The notes under the pieces: generated by a model
Databases searched by the model: none
Told to the model about the DNA's origin: nothing
The model's input: only the letters and a program-made list of their open reading frames with translations
NCBI GenBank assembly: GCA_964533585.1
Contig: CAZHMM010000001.1
Coordinates: 12,940 to 76,939, forward strand
Origin: an uncultured Elioraea sp.
GTDB taxonomy: Bacteria; Pseudomonadota; Alphaproteobacteria; Acetobacterales; Acetobacteraceae
DNA length: 64,000 nucleotides
Direction of reading: 5' to 3'
Program-made: the position numbers and the translations under genes
Part shown: piece after piece, positions 42,753 through 55,413 of the stretch
How positions within the stretch are numbered: the first letter of the stretch is position 1
Layout of the letters: every line of letters starts with the position of its first letter

Positions 42753-44005
42753 CGCGGGTCGTCTCCGTTCTCGCGGGGCGGGAAGCGGCGGAGCAGCGCC
42801 AGCATCAGCGCCATGCCGGGCAGCGCGGCGGCGGTGGTGAGCAGGAAGAACGGTGTCCAGCCCATCGCCTCGGCGAGATAGCCGCTGGTGGCGCCGAGTG
42901 TGCGCAGCGGCACGGCGGCAAGGCTCGACAGCAGGGCGTACTGGGTCGCAGTGAAGGCGGTGCTGGTGAGGCCGGAGAGGTAGGCGACGAAGGCGGCATC
43001 CGCGAGCCCGTCGGTGGTGTTCTCCACCCCGACCTGCAGCCAGAGCATCGGCACCGACCGCCCCGCCTCGGACAGCGCAACATACATCAGGTTCGAGAGC
43101 ATCTGGCCGAGGCCGGTGACCAGCAGCGCCCGGCCGACGCCGATCCCGGCAACGAGCAGCCCCCCCAGCGTCACGCCTGCGAGGGTCGCGACCAAGCCGA
43201 ACACCCCGGATACCGCGGCGACGTCGAGCCGCGAGAAGCCGAGCGCGCGGTAGAACGGCGCCGTCATGATCCCGGCCAGCGCCTCGCCGAGCTTGTAGAG
43301 CGCGACGAAGCCCAGGATCAGCGGCCAGCCGGGCCGCCTCAGCATGTCGCGGAACGGATCGACCACCGCCAGCCTGAGCCGGGCTCCCCAGGCCGTGGGC
43401 GTGGGGGTGCCGGGCGCGAGCGGCTCGCGCGCGAGGAACAGCGTGGTCGCGAGGCCGACGCCGATCAGCGCTGCCAGCACCAGGAAGGCGGCGCGCCAGC
43501 CGAAGAACTCGGCCATCGTCAACGCGCCGGCATTGCCGGCCAGCATGGCCACGCGGTAGCCCCAGACATAGGCGGCGAGGCCGAGCCCCTGCCGGCTCGG
43601 CGGCAGGGATTCGATGCGAAACGCGTCGATGACGATGTCCTGCGTCGCCGACAGGAACGCCACCGCGACCGCGACCGTGACCGTGGCACGCGCATTCGTC
43701 GCCGGGTCGGTCAGCCCGAGTGCGGCGATCGCGAGCGCCAGCGCGACCTGGACAGGGGCGAGCCAGCCGCGCCGCCGCCCGAGCGCGGCGATCGGCGGGC
43801 GGGCGTGGTCGAGCACGGGGGCCCAGACGAACTTGAACGTGTAGGCGAGGCCGATCAGCGCGGTGAGCCCGATCTCACCCAACGGCACGCCGCCCTCGCT
43901 GAACCACTGGCGCAGCGTGAAGCCGGTCAGCGGCAGCGGCAGCCCGGCCGAGAAGCCGAGCAGGAACAGCACCGCAAACGTCCGGTCGGGGCGCGGCCAG
44001 GTCAT
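42749..44005 (-). CDS. ampG: AmpG-family muropeptide MFS permease
   Basis: LGFSAGLPL, KFVWAPVLD, GRRRGW, SATQDIVIDAFRIE, FTATQYALLSSL. Confidence 0.92.
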   Translation of the reverse strand: MTWPRPDRTFAVLFLLGFSAGLPLPLTGFTLRQWFSEGGVPLGEIGLTALIGLAYTFKFVWAPVLDHARPPIAALGRRRGWLAPVQVALALAIAALGLTDPATNARATVTVAVAVAFLSATQDIVIDAFRIESLPPSRQGLGLAAYVWGYRVAMLAGNAGALTMAEFFGWRAAFLVLAALIGVGLATTLFLAREPLAPGTPTPTAWGARLRLAVVDPFRDMLRRPGWPLILGFVALYKLGEALAGIMTAPFYRALGFSRLDVAAVSGVFGLVATLAGVTLGGLLVAGIGVGRALLVTGLGQMLSNLMYVALSEAGRSVPMLWLQVGVENTTDGLADAAFVAYLSGLTSTAFTATQYALLSSLAAVPLRTLGATSGYLAEAMGWTPFFLLTTAAALPGMALMLALLRRFPPRENGDDPR

Positions 44006-44189
44006 CGCGTCGGAACGATGCGGCCGATCACGCGGATACGACGCCGGCGGGCACGAGGGGCATTGCGGCAGGGCCTCCAGGTCTCGTCGCGCCGATCATC
44101 GTTGCGCGACTCGCAAGGTCAGAGGGTGTTCGGAGCGCATGTGGATGATACTGTGTCGAGGCTACGTCCACAGCCGTGGAGACTGGATC

Positions 44190-45053
44190 GTGACATGCGA
44201 GAATGACGGCGCGCTGGCCGCGCCTGCGTATTGCCATCGTCGCCGCGAGCTGATCGCGGCAGGGGCGAGCGTGCTGACCGCGATGGCGCTCGGGCTGCCA
44301 CTGTCGGGCTGCCAGCAGAACCCGCAGCTCGGCCGCTCGCAGCTGATCCTGGTCTCCGATGCCGAACTTGAGCAGATGTCGAACATGGCGGAGCAGGACA
44401 TCCGCCGGCGCACCGGCGTGCTGCGCGACCCCGCGCGGCAGCGGCGGCTCGAGCGCATGGCCGGGAACCTCTCCGCGGTCGAGGGCGCGCCGCAGCCGAC
44501 CCGCGGCTTCCGCCCGGAACTGCTGGCGGACCGGAGCGTGAACGCCTTCGTGCTGCCGAACGGCTACTCCGGCTACCACGACGGGCTCTGGCGCTTCACC
44601 AACGGCGATGACGGCGAACTCGCGCTGGTCATGGGCCACGAGATGGGCCACCTGACCGGGCGGCACGCGCAGGAACGGGTGAGCCAGCAGCTCGCGCTGT
44701 CGATCGGTGCGGCGGTGGTCGGCACGGCGGCTGGGGCGGCTGCCGGGCAGCGCTACTCGCCGGCGATCGGCGCGGCGCTTGGGCTCGGCGTGGCGCTGGG
44801 CGGCTCGGCGTTCTCGCGCAGCCACGAATACGAGGCGGACCGGCTCGGCCTGCTCTACTCGGCCCGTGCCGGCTACGACCCGAATGCCGGCCAGCGCTTC
44901 TGGGACCGCATGGAGGCGCAGCAGGGCGGAGGAGGGGGTCCGAGCTTCCTCTCGACGCATCCGTCCTATGGCGACCGGCGCCAGCGCCTGGCTTCGCTGG
45001 TGCGCGAGGATCCGGAGATCGTCCAGGCCATCCGGGCGCGCCGGACGGGATAG
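44190..45053 (+). CDS. M48-family Zn metalloprotease, predicted Tat lipoprotein
   Basis: RRRELI...LSGC lipobox, VNAFVLPNG, VMGHEMGH (HExxH), EYEADRLG, FLSTHP. Confidence 0.88.
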   Translation: MTCENDGALAAPAYCHRRRELIAAGASVLTAMALGLPLSGCQQNPQLGRSQLILVSDAELEQMSNMAEQDIRRRTGVLRDPARQRRLERMAGNLSAVEGAPQPTRGFRPELLADRSVNAFVLPNGYSGYHDGLWRFTNGDDGELALVMGHEMGHLTGRHAQERVSQQLALSIGAAVVGTAAGAAAGQRYSPAIGAALGLGVALGGSAFSRSHEYEADRLGLLYSARAGYDPNAGQRFWDRMEAQQGGGGGPSFLSTHPSYGDRRQRLASLVREDPEIVQAIRARRTG

Positions 45054-45068
45054 GAGGCCTGAAAAGCG

Positions 45069-45092
45069 CGCGGCGGCCGAGCGGCCGCCGCG
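45069..45092 (-). terminator. Putative intrinsic terminator of thrS-infC
   Basis: 10-bp stem CGCGGCGGCC/GGCCGCCGCG followed on the minus strand by CGCTTTTC. Confidence 0.5.
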
Positions 45093-45118
45093 TTGTCCGA
45101 TCAATGGGCCGTTGCCGC

Positions 45119-45658
45119 TCAGCGCGGGGTCAGCACCATGATCATCTGCCTGTTCTCCATGCGCGGCATCTGCTCGACCTTGGCGATCTCGTCGAGTTCG
45201 CCTTTCACGCGTTCGAGCACCTTCATGCCGAGATCGACATGCGCGAGCTCGCGGCCGCGAAATCGCAGCGTGACCTTCACCTTGTCGCCTTCGCCGATGA
45301 AGCTCTTGGCCTGACGCATCTTCACGTCATAGTCGTGGTCGTCGATATTCGGACGAATCTTGATCTCCTTGATCTCGACAACCTTCTGCTTCTTCTTGGC
45401 TTCGTTCTTTTTTTTCTGTTGCTCGTACTTGTACTTGCCGAAGTCGAGGATCTTGCAGACCGGTGGATCGGCGTTCGGGGAGATCTCCACGAGATCCAGC
45501 CCCACTTCCCGGGCGCGCCACAGCGCCTCGCGGGTCGGCAGCACGCCGATCATCTCGCCATCTGCGCCGATCAGGCGGACCTGGGGAATGCGGATGTCTT
45601 CGTTGACGCGCGGGCCCTCGCGGGTCGGCGGCGCCAGGGTGGTCGGACGCGGTGGGAT
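45119..45658 (-). CDS. infC: Translation initiation factor IF-3 (non-canonical ATC start)
   Basis: [61 protein letters not shown] 8 nt before ATC 45658. Confidence 0.95.
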   Translation of the reverse strand: MPPRPTTLAPPTREGPRVNEDIRIPQVRLIGADGEMIGVLPTREALWRAREVGLDLVEISPNADPPVCKILDFGKYKYEQQKKKNEAKKKQKVVEIKEIKIRPNIDDHDYDVKMRQAKSFIGEGDKVKVTLRFRGRELAHVDLGMKVLERVKGELDEIAKVEQMPRMENRQMIMVLTPR

Positions 45659-45704
45659 GGCTCAAGCCTCCTTGCCGTTGTTGAACCGGTAGAGAATGGG
45701 GAAA

Positions 45705-47663
45705 TCAGGCCGCGGCTTCAACCGCGACGGGGGCGCGCAGGTCGGGCGGGGTCGCCTCGGCGGTGAGCGCCGCCACCGCCTGATCGAGCGTCACGATCTG
45801 CTGCGCCTCGCCGCCGAGGCGCCTGAGGGCGACGGTCCGCGCCTCGGCCTCCTTGCGCCCGACCACCACGATCACCGGCACGTGCGCCACCGAATGCTCG
45901 CGGATCTTGGCCTGGATCTTGGCGTTCGACAGATCCGCCTCGACCGCGAGCCCGGCGCGCGCCAGCGCCGCGGCAACCTCGCGCGCATAGGCGTCGGCGT
46001 CCGAGGTGATGGTCGCCACCACCGCCTGCACGGGGGCGAGCCAGAGCGGGAAGCGCCCCGCATACTGCTCGATCAGGATGCCGAGGAAGCGCTCGAAGCT
46101 GCCGAGGATGGCGCGGTGCAGCATGACGGGGCGGCGCCGCGAGCCGTCCGCCGCCACGTAGAGCGCATCGAGCCGTTCGGGCAGCACGAAATCCACCTGC
46201 AGCGTGCCGCACTGCCAGTCGCGCCCGATCGCGTCGCGCAGCACGAATTCGAGCTTGGGCCCGTAGAACGCGCCCTCGCCCGGGTTGAGCGTGTAGGCGA
46301 CCCCCGCCTTGGCGCAGGCCTCCTTCAGCGCGTTCTCGGCCTGGTCCCAGACCGCGTCGCTGCCGGCGCGTTTGGCCGGGCGGTCGGAGAACTTCACGCG
46401 GAACTCGGCGAAGCCGAAATCGCGATAGACGGAGGAGAGCAGGTCGACGAAGCGCACCGTCTCGTCGGCGATCTGCGCCTCGGTGCAGAAGATGTGCGCG
46501 TCGTCCTGGGTGAAGGCGCGCACGCGCATGATGCCATGCAGCGCGCCCGAGGGCTCGTAGCGATGGCACGAGCCGAACTCGGCCATGCGCAGCGGCAGGT
46601 CGCGGTAGGAACGGATCGTGGTGTTGAAGATCTGCACGTGGCAGGGGCAATTCATCGGCTTCAGCGCGAGCACGCGGGATTTCTCGCCCTCGTCCTCGAC
46701 ATTCGCGATGAACATGTTCTCGCGGAACTTCTCCCAGTGGCCCGAGGCCTCCCAGAGCGCGCGATCGACCAGTTGCGGCGTCTTCACCTCCACATACTGG
46801 GCGGCCTCGAGGCGGCGGCGCATGTAACTCTCGGCGGTGCGGTAGAGGCGCCAGCCCTTCGGGTGCCAGAACACCGAGCCGACCGCCTCCTCCTGGAGAT
46901 GGAACAGGCCCATCTCCTTGCCGATGCGCCGGTGGTCGCGCCGCTCGGCCTCCTCCAGCTGATGCAGATAGGCATCGAGCTCCTTGCGGTCGCGCCAGGC
47001 CGTGCCGTAGATGCGCGACAGCATCGCGTTGCGGTGATCGCCGCGCCAATACGCGCCCGCGACCTTCATCAGCTTGAACGCGTCGCCCACGTGCCCGACG
47101 GTCGGCATGTGCGGGCCGCGGCAGAGATCGGTCCACTGGCCCTGGCGATACAGCGTGATCGTCTCGCCCTGCGGCAGATCCTCGATCAGCTGAACCTTGT
47201 ATTTCTCGCCCTTCGACCGGAACAGGTCGATCGCCTCGTGGCGCGAGGTGACGATGCGCTCGAAGGCCGCACCGCGCGCGATGATCTCGCGCATCTTCGC
47301 CTCGATCGCGGCGAAGTCTTCGGGGGTGAACGGCGTGTCGCGGGCGAAGTCGTAGTAGAAGCCGTTCTCGATCGGCGGCCCGATGGTCACCTGGGTGCCG
47401 GGGAACAGTTCCTGCACCGCTTCCGCCAGGACGTGCGCGCAGTCGTGCCGGATCAGATCGAGCGCCTCCGGGTCCTTGCGGGTGATCAGGCGCACACGCG
47501 CATCCGCCTCGATCGGGCGCGCGAGGTCCCACAGCGCGCCGTCCACCTCGATCGCGATCGCCGCCTTGGCGAGACCCGGGCCGATCGCGGCCGCGATCGC
47601 CGTGCCGGTGACGGCGGCGTCGAAGCGGCGCACGGATCCGTCGGGCAGGGTGATGGCGGGCAT
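45705..47663 (-). CDS. thrS: Threonine--tRNA ligase
   Basis: [62 protein letters not shown]. Confidence 0.98.
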   Translation of the reverse strand: MPAITLPDGSVRRFDAAVTGTAIAAAIGPGLAKAAIAIEVDGALWDLARPIEADARVRLITRKDPEALDLIRHDCAHVLAEAVQELFPGTQVTIGPPIENGFYYDFARDTPFTPEDFAAIEAKMREIIARGAAFERIVTSRHEAIDLFRSKGEKYKVQLIEDLPQGETITLYRQGQWTDLCRGPHMPTVGHVGDAFKLMKVAGAYWRGDHRNAMLSRIYGTAWRDRKELDAYLHQLEEAERRDHRRIGKEMGLFHLQEEAVGSVFWHPKGWRLYRTAESYMRRRLEAAQYVEVKTPQLVDRALWEASGHWEKFRENMFIANVEDEGEKSRVLALKPMNCPCHVQIFNTTIRSYRDLPLRMAEFGSCHRYEPSGALHGIMRVRAFTQDDAHIFCTEAQIADETVRFVDLLSSVYRDFGFAEFRVKFSDRPAKRAGSDAVWDQAENALKEACAKAGVAYTLNPGEGAFYGPKLEFVLRDAIGRDWQCGTLQVDFVLPERLDALYVAADGSRRRPVMLHRAILGSFERFLGILIEQYAGRFPLWLAPVQAVVATITSDADAYAREVAAALARAGLAVEADLSNAKIQAKIREHSVAHVPVIVVVGRKEAEARTVALRRLGGEAQQIVTLDQAVAALTAEATPPDLRAPVAVEAAA

Positions 47664-47697
47664 GGGTGTTCCTCGGCCGTTCTCAGGCAAGGGGCGT

Positions 47698-48645
47698 CTA
47701 TGCGGGCGGGGCGGCGGAGGCGTCAAGCGCGGCGGCCGCGTCGATGACCCGCCCGGGCGGCAGATCGCGCAGGTCGGGCACGCGCAGGATGCGCACCTCG
47801 CGCCCGCGCGGGGCACAGAGCGCGGGGTCGCTGTCGGCCGAGAACAGCACCAGCGAGGGCACGCCGATCGCAGCGATCAGGTGCATCGGTCCCGTGTCGT
47901 TGCCGATCGCGAGGTTCGCACGGCGGGCGAGCGCGGCGACGTCAGGGATCGTGGTTCGGCCGGTGAGGTCGCGGACGGCGGGACAGAGGCCGCGGATCGC
48001 GGCGGCGAGCGGCGCCTCGGCGGGCGTGCCGAGGATCACGGGCGTCAGGCCGGTGGCGGCGAGATGGCCGGCGAGCGCGCCATAGTGCTCGGCCGGCCAG
48101 CGCTTGGCCGGACGGTGCGGCGCGGCGCCCGGGATCAGCAGCGCGATCCGCGGCGGCAGGCCGAAGCGCGCGACATCGCCTTCGATCCAGTCGAGGTCAG
48201 GAATGGGGAACGCCGAGAGCCCGGCCATCGCGAGTTGCTCGCGCTGGCGGTCCTGGGTGTGCATTGCATCGCGGCCGGGATTGGCATGCGGGTGCGAGGC
48301 GCCGCGCGCGATGCCGCTCCACTCCGGCCGGGCGCCGAACAGGCGCATCCAGGCGAGCAGACGCGAGGAGCGCGCCGAGGTCTGCAGATCATAGACGCGT
48401 GCGTAGCCGCCCCCCGCGAGCCGGCGCGCCAGGCGCGCCTGAGCGAGCAGGTTCCAGGTGGGGGCACGCGCATCGGTCAGCACCCGTTCGAACCACGGCG
48501 CATGCGCCATCAGCGCTTCGAATGGAAGCGTGGTCAGCAAATCGATCCGCGCTCCGGCATGGTGCGCGCGGATCGCCGCGAACGGCCCAAAGGCCTGCAC
48601 CAGATCGCCAAGCGCGCCGTGCTTGATCACCAGGATCGCCGTCAT
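47698..48645 (-). CDS. Glycosyltransferase family 9 (heptosyltransferase-like)
   Basis: [36 protein letters not shown]. Confidence 0.9.
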   Translation of the reverse strand: MTAILVIKHGALGDLVQAFGPFAAIRAHHAGARIDLLTTLPFEALMAHAPWFERVLTDARAPTWNLLAQARLARRLAGGGYARVYDLQTSARSSRLLAWMRLFGARPEWSGIARGASHPHANPGRDAMHTQDRQREQLAMAGLSAFPIPDLDWIEGDVARFGLPPRIALLIPGAAPHRPAKRWPAEHYGALAGHLAATGLTPVILGTPAEAPLAAAIRGLCPAVRDLTGRTTIPDVAALARRANLAIGNDTGPMHLIAAIGVPSLVLFSADSDPALCAPRGREVRILRVPDLRDLPPGRVIDAAAALDASAAPPA

Positions 48646-48706
48646 CGTGCGCGCCTCTCCGACGCGCGCTCGCCGGCGTCAAGGCCCGCCGCGGCGTGGG
48701 CGCGGC

Positions 48707-49570
48707 TCAGGCCGCCTGCGCGGCGCGGGGGACGTTGCTGTTCGCCGCCGCCCGTTGCGCGATCGCCTCGTTCCGCTTCTGCTTGAAACGGATGAACCTG
48801 TGCGCGGCGCGCGCCGCAAGCTCGGACAGCCGCCCGCGCGGCGGCAGGCCCACGGCCTTGAAGATCATACCCATGCCGCGGTCGATGTGGCGGACCTTGT
48901 AGTAGGTCATCGCCTTGGCCATGTAGGTCGCGATCGAGGTCTTGCGGTCATAGGCCGCGCCGGGCGGCATGTTGCCGCAGTGGAAGGCGAAGGCGAGTTC
49001 GTCGTCCTCGCTCTCGCCGATCCGACCCGCGGCGATCCGCATGCGCTCGAACAGCGAGAGCTTCTCGCGCGCGAGGTAGCGCCGCATGTGGTCGTAGAAC
49101 AGCTTGAAGTGGCGATACTCGTCGGCCGCGATGAGCTGGCAGACCTGCTTCAGCACCGGCTCCTCTGTGCCCTCGCCGAGGGCGGTGTAGTAGGAGGACG
49201 TGCCGGTCTCGACCATGCAGCGCGCGATCAGTTCGCCGGTGCGGCTGCCGCGCACGGAATGATCCGCCTCCAGCGGGATCTGATAGCCCTCGCGGAACCG
49301 CGCGAACGCGGCCCGATAGTCCCAGGACGGATCGGCCAGCATTGCCCAGCGTCCGAGCGCCTCGCCGTGCTGCACCTCCTCCACGGCCCAGTTGCGCGCC
49401 GCCTGCTGGAAATCCGGATCGTCGTGGAACACGTTGCACAGATAGTGCGCGTAGTCGTCGCCGTTGCGCTCGACCATCGCCGCAGCCTTGACCAGTGGGA
49501 CGATGCCCGGATCGAGCTTGCTTGGATCGAACCCGTCCCAGCCGACCTGATCGATGTGCCAGTGCTTCAT
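48707..49570 (-). CDS. Ferritin-like diiron-carboxylate protein
   Basis: AMVE...WAVEEVQH...CMVE...AADEYRH, the E/ExxH/E/ExxH ligand pattern. Confidence 0.85.
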   Translation of the reverse strand: MKHWHIDQVGWDGFDPSKLDPGIVPLVKAAAMVERNGDDYAHYLCNVFHDDPDFQQAARNWAVEEVQHGEALGRWAMLADPSWDYRAAFARFREGYQIPLEADHSVRGSRTGELIARCMVETGTSSYYTALGEGTEEPVLKQVCQLIAADEYRHFKLFYDHMRRYLAREKLSLFERMRIAAGRIGESEDDELAFAFHCGNMPPGAAYDRKTSIATYMAKAMTYYKVRHIDRGMGMIFKAVGLPPRGRLSELAARAAHRFIRFKQKRNEAIAQRAAANSNVPRAAQAA

Positions 49571-49758
49571 GGCGTTGCCGTCCTTCCCGGTTCTCGAACA
49601 GCCCTGCCTTCCCGAGGGGGACTCGGCCTCTCGCAAACGCTAGCACAGGAATGGGGATTGCGCGCCAGGGAGGCAAGGGGGCGCACACGGGACGAAAGCG
49701 AACCGAATCAGCGTGTTGCACGCCTGTCGGCAGGCGCGGCCACCGGCGCCCGGCGGCG

Positions 49759-50172
49759 TCAGCGGCGGGCCGCGTCCTCCATGGCCCGGGCGGCGGCGAG
49801 GCGCATGATCGCCTGCTCGATCGCACCCGCATCGCGCGACTCGGCGGCCGCCTCATAGGCGCCCTCGGCCTCGGCGACGCGCGTCCGCGCCGTCTCGATC
49901 GTCAGTTCCTCCGCCGGGATCACCTCGTCGGCGAGCACCGTGCAGCGGTCGGGCGCGATCTCGACGAAGCCGCGCCCGACATAGAGCTGCTTCGTCACCG
50001 AGCCGCCCTGATGCACACGGATCAGCCCGCCGCGCAGCGTGGCGATCATCGGCGCGTGACCCGCCAGCACGCCGATATAGCCGTCATAGGCCGGAATCTC
50101 GGCGAGATCGACCGGCTCCGACAGCAACAGCCGGGTCGGGCCAACAATCTCGAGCGTGGTCTGTTCCGCCAT
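49759..50172 (-). CDS. atpC: ATP synthase F1 epsilon
   Basis: LEIVGP, GYIGVLAGHAP, GFVEI; last gene of the atp operon. Confidence 0.93.
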   Translation of the reverse strand: MAEQTTLEIVGPTRLLLSEPVDLAEIPAYDGYIGVLAGHAPMIATLRGGLIRVHQGGSVTKQLYVGRGFVEIAPDRCTVLADEVIPAEELTIETARTRVAEAEGAYEAAAESRDAGAIEQAIMRLAAARAMEDAARR

Positions 50173-50197
50173 GCTGGCGCGCTCCCGGAGCTGCTGC

Positions 50198-51655
<1,458 letters not shown>

Positions 51656-51693
51656 CTAACGCGTTGTCCTCGCCGTCCGAGCGTCGCGCGCGG

Positions 51694-52578
51694 TCAGATC
51701 GCTTCCGCGCCCGAGATGATCTCGATCAGCTCCTTGGTGATGTTCGCCTGGCGCTGGCGGTTGTAGTTCAGCGTCAGCCTGGCGATCATGTCGCCCGCAT
51801 TGCGGGTGGCATTGTCCATCGCGGTCATCCGCGCGCCCTGCTCGCCGGCTGCGCTCTCAAGCAGCGCCCGATAGATCTGGATCGCAAGGTTGCGCGGCAG
51901 GAGTTCGGCCAGGATCTCCTCCTCGCCCGGCTCGTACTCGTAGGACGCGCGCGGCCCGCTTGCGGTGTCGGCCGGTGCGCCCTCGATGCTCGCCGGGATC
52001 AGGCGCTGCTCGGACGGCACCTGGGTGATGACGTTCTTGAAGCGGTTGTAGATCAACGTGCAGACGTCGAACTGCTGGCCGTCCAGCATCTCGCTCACCT
52101 GGTTCGCGATCTCCACCGCATCGTCGAAGCCGATCTGCTTCTTGCCGACGAAGTCGATGCTGCCGACGATGTTCCTGCGGTACTCGCGGCGCAGGAAGTC
52201 GCGTCCCTTGCGCCCGACCGTCAGCAGCTTGACCGTCTTGCCCTGCTCGATCAGCGCGCGGGTCCGGTTGCGCGCAAATCGGGAGACGGCGGTGTTGAAC
52301 CCGCCGCACAGGCCGCGATCGGCCGACACCACGACCAGCAGATGCACCTCGTCCTTGCCGGTGCCGACCAGCATCGGAGGTGCGATCGGGCTGCCGGCGA
52401 CCGAGGTGGCGAGCGCACCCAGCATCCGCTCCATGCGCTCGGCATAGGGGCGGGCCTGTTCGGCCTGGCTCTGCGCGCGCTTCAGCTTCGAGGCGGCGAC
52501 CATCTTCATCGCCTGCGTGATCTTGCGCGTCGACTTGACGCTGTTGATCCGCGTGCGGAGCGCCTTCAGGCTCGGCAT
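51694..52578 (-). CDS. atpG: ATP synthase F1 gamma
   Basis: [25 protein letters not shown]-like [25 protein letters not shown]. Confidence 0.98.
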   Translation of the reverse strand: MPSLKALRTRINSVKSTRKITQAMKMVAASKLKRAQSQAEQARPYAERMERMLGALATSVAGSPIAPPMLVGTGKDEVHLLVVVSADRGLCGGFNTAVSRFARNRTRALIEQGKTVKLLTVGRKGRDFLRREYRRNIVGSIDFVGKKQIGFDDAVEIANQVSEMLDGQQFDVCTLIYNRFKNVITQVPSEQRLIPASIEGAPADTASGPRASYEYEPGEEEILAELLPRNLAIQIYRALLESAAGEQGARMTAMDNATRNAGDMIARLTLNYNRQRQANITKELIEIISGAEAI

Positions 52579-52601
52579 CGTCTATCCCCGGACCGTGTGC
52601 C

Positions 52602-54134
52602 TCAGGCGAAGGTCTTGGCGAAGGCGTCGAGGAAGGCGACCAGCTTCTCCTCGGTCGGCTTCTTGATCTCCTTGTCGGTGCGGATCGCCTCGAGGATCGC
52701 GGGCTCCTTGGCGCGCAGCTCCGACAGCATCAGCCGCTCGAACCGCCCGACATCCTCGACCTTGATCGGGTCGAGATAGCCGCGCGTGCCGGCGAAGATC
52801 GCCACCACCTGCTCTTCGACCGGCACGGGCTGGAACTGCGGCTGCTTGAGCAGCTCGGTCAGCCGCGCGCCGCGCGCGAGCAGGCGCTGCGTGGCCGCAT
52901 CGAGGTCGGAAGCGAACTGCGCGAAGGCGGCCATCTCGCGGTACTGCGCGAGTTCGAGCTTGATGCGCCCGGCCACCTGCTTCATCGCCTTCACCTGGGC
53001 GGCCGAGCCGACACGGCTGACCGAGATGCCCACGTTCACCGCCGGGCGGATGCCGCGATAGAACAGCTCGGTCTCGAGGAAGATCTGGCCGTCCGTGATC
53101 GAGATGACGTTGGTCGGGATGTAGGCCGACACGTCGCCCGCCTGGGTCTCGATCACCGGCAGCGCGGTGAGCGACCCCGAGCCGTTGTCCTTGTTCAGCT
53201 TGGCCGCGCGCTCGAGCAGGCGCGAATGCAGGTAGAACACGTCGCCCGGATAGGCCTCGCGGCCCGGCGGGCGGCGCAGCAGCAGCGACATCTGGCGATA
53301 CGCGACGGCCTGCTTGGAGAGGTCGTCGTAGAAGATCACCGCGTGCATGCCGTTGTCGCGGAAATACTCGCCCATCGCGCAGCCCGAGTAGGGCGCGAGA
53401 TACTGCAGCGGCGCAGGCTCCGAGGCGGTGGAAGCGACGACGATGGAGTACTCCATCGCGCCATACTCCTCGAGCGTCTTGACCAGCTGCGCCACGGTGG
53501 AGCGCTTCTGCCCGACCGCGACGTAGATGCAGTAGAGCTTCTGGCTCTCGTCGCCGGCCGCGTTGATCGAGCGCTGGTTGAGGATGGTGTCGATGATCAC
53601 CGCCGTCTTGCCGGTCTGACGGTCGCCGATCACCAGCTCGCGCTGGCCGCGGCCGATCGGGATCAGCGCGTCGATCGCCTTGATGCCGGTCTGCATCGGT
53701 TCATGCACCGAACGGCGCGGGATGATGCCCGGCGCCTTGACGTCGACGCGCCGGCGCTCAGCCGCCTCGATTGGGCCCTTGCCGTCGATCGGGTTGCCGA
53801 GCGGATCGACCACGCGGCCGAGCAGGCCCTTGCCGACCGGCACCTCGACGATCGCGCCGGTGCGCTTGACCGTGTCGCCCTCGCGGATCGATCGGTCGTC
53901 GCCGAAGATCACCACGCCGACATTGTCGGTCTCGAGGTTGAGCGCCATGCCGCGCAGCCCGGCAGAGGGGAACTCGACCATCTCGCCGGCCATCACGGAC
54001 GACAGCCCGAACACGCGGGCGATGCCGTCGCCGACGCTCAGCACCTGGCCGACCTCGGCGACGTCGGCCTCGTCCTCGAAGCTGGCGATCTGCTGCTTCA
54101 GGATCTGCGAGATCTCGGCAGGACGGATCTCCAT
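52602..54134 (-). CDS. atpA: ATP synthase F1 alpha
   Basis: [30 protein letters not shown]. Confidence 0.99.
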   Translation of the reverse strand: MEIRPAEISQILKQQIASFEDEADVAEVGQVLSVGDGIARVFGLSSVMAGEMVEFPSAGLRGMALNLETDNVGVVIFGDDRSIREGDTVKRTGAIVEVPVGKGLLGRVVDPLGNPIDGKGPIEAAERRRVDVKAPGIIPRRSVHEPMQTGIKAIDALIPIGRGQRELVIGDRQTGKTAVIIDTILNQRSINAAGDESQKLYCIYVAVGQKRSTVAQLVKTLEEYGAMEYSIVVASTASEPAPLQYLAPYSGCAMGEYFRDNGMHAVIFYDDLSKQAVAYRQMSLLLRRPPGREAYPGDVFYLHSRLLERAAKLNKDNGSGSLTALPVIETQAGDVSAYIPTNVISITDGQIFLETELFYRGIRPAVNVGISVSRVGSAAQVKAMKQVAGRIKLELAQYREMAAFAQFASDLDAATQRLLARGARLTELLKQPQFQPVPVEEQVVAIFAGTRGYLDPIKVEDVGRFERLMLSELRAKEPAILEAIRTDKEIKKPTEEKLVAFLDAFAKTFA

Positions 54135-54135
54135 G

Positions 54136-54777
54136 TCAGGCAGCCCCCTTCATGGCATGGGCGAGCCGCTGGAGGCGGCTCCTGATTGACGAATCATAGA
54201 GGCGCGAGCCGAGCTTCAGCACGAGCCCCCCGAGAATGGCGGGATCGACCCGCTCGGTCAGGCGCACGCGGGCGTGGCCCGCGCGGTTCAGCGAAGCCAG
54301 CAGCTGCGCACGCTGGGTGTCGTCGAGCGGCACGGCCGAGACGACCTCGGCCTGCTCCTCGCCGCGACGCTCCGCATCAAGCGCGCGGAACGCGGCGATG
54401 ATGCGGGCGAGCAGGGCGGCGCGCCGGTTGCGGATCACCACGCCGACGAAGTTGCGCACCTCGCGCGGCACGGACAGGCCCGTCGCCGGGTCGTCGAGCA
54501 CCGCGAGCACGGCCTTGAGCTGCGTCTCGGCGGGGATGAGCGGGCTTTCCAGGGTGTAGCGGAAGCTGCGGTTCCGCTCGATCGCGGTGGCGACGGCGTC
54601 GAGCCCCTGGGCGATCCGGTCGAACACCCCCGTATCGCCCTGCTCGAAGGTCTCGCGCGCCAGCGCCATCAGCCCGCCGGCGTAGCGCGCGGGAATGGCA
54701 TCGACGGCGGCGCGCGCCTCGCGCGCCATCCTCAACGCAGCGGCAATCTCGGCGACTTGCGGATTGGTCTCCGGCAC
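54136..54777 (-). CDS. atpH: ATP synthase F1 delta
   Basis: [44 protein letters not shown]; first gene of the operon. GTG start at 54777 is uncertain. Confidence 0.9.
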   Translation of the reverse strand: MPETNPQVAEIAAALRMAREARAAVDAIPARYAGGLMALARETFEQGDTGVFDRIAQGLDAVATAIERNRSFRYTLESPLIPAETQLKAVLAVLDDPATGLSVPREVRNFVGVVIRNRRAALLARIIAAFRALDAERRGEEQAEVVSAVPLDDTQRAQLLASLNRAGHARVRLTERVDPAILGGLVLKLGSRLYDSSIRSRLQRLAHAMKGAA

Positions 54778-54912
54778 GCGGACCCGGTCCCCGTTCTGAT
54801 GCGGCGCGGCAGCGGCGCCGGCACGAAAAACACGTCCCGCGGGGCGAGCCCCCGCAGGCGCGGCGGGGGTTACCATAGCCCCTGTGGCGGTGCAACAGGC
54901 CCCGGGCGGGCG

Positions 54913-55413
54913 TCAGCCGCGCGGGGTCGCGTCCGTCTCGTCGAGGCGCTTGCGGCTGCCGACCCAGTGCGTCAGTTCGTCCGCCACCAGGCGCTCGATG
55001 GTGTCGGCCAGCGATGCATGGCGGTCTGGGCCGTCATACGGAGCGAGGCGGGCGAGGTAGCGCACGCGTTCACGCTTCAGCGCCTCGGCGGTCGCCCGGT
55101 GCATCAACCAGGTCTGGTGATGCCGCCCGACCTGAAGCAGCCCTTCCAGCAGCACCGCCAGCGCGCCGGCGGTTGCCGCGACCCATGGGCTGCCGACCAG
55201 CGCGAACACCGGCACGAAGGCCGTGAGCGCGATCTGCGCGCCCTTGAGCAGCCGATAGAGAAGCTGGTTGGCGACCGCGCTCTCCTCGTACCACGCGCGC
55301 AGGTAGTCGAGCCGCGCCTGCACGATGGCCGCCGCGTCCAGCCCCGCGTAGTCCGGCTCGGCGATGCGGCCGCCCGGCCGGATCCGATCGAACAGGCGCC
55401 TCAGTGCCGTCAC
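54913..55413 (-). CDS. DUF4231/SLATT-like two-TM protein
   Basis: RLDYLRAWY, two hydrophobic helices, W...R.TAEALKRE..RY. GTGA overlap with the upstream M20 gene. Confidence 0.8.
   Translation of the reverse strand: MTALRRLFDRIRPGGRIAEPDYAGLDAAAIVQARLDYLRAWYEESAVANQLLYRLLKGAQIALTAFVPVFALVGSPWVAATAGALAVLLEGLLQVGRHHQTWLMHRATAEALKRERVRYLARLAPYDGPDRHASLADTIERLVADELTHWVGSRKRLDETDATPRG

Noticed and set aside
44006-44189. Short hairpins in the ampG/M48 intergenic region as a riboswitch or sRNA
   Set aside because: No recognisable aptamer consensus; short GC stems are expected by chance.
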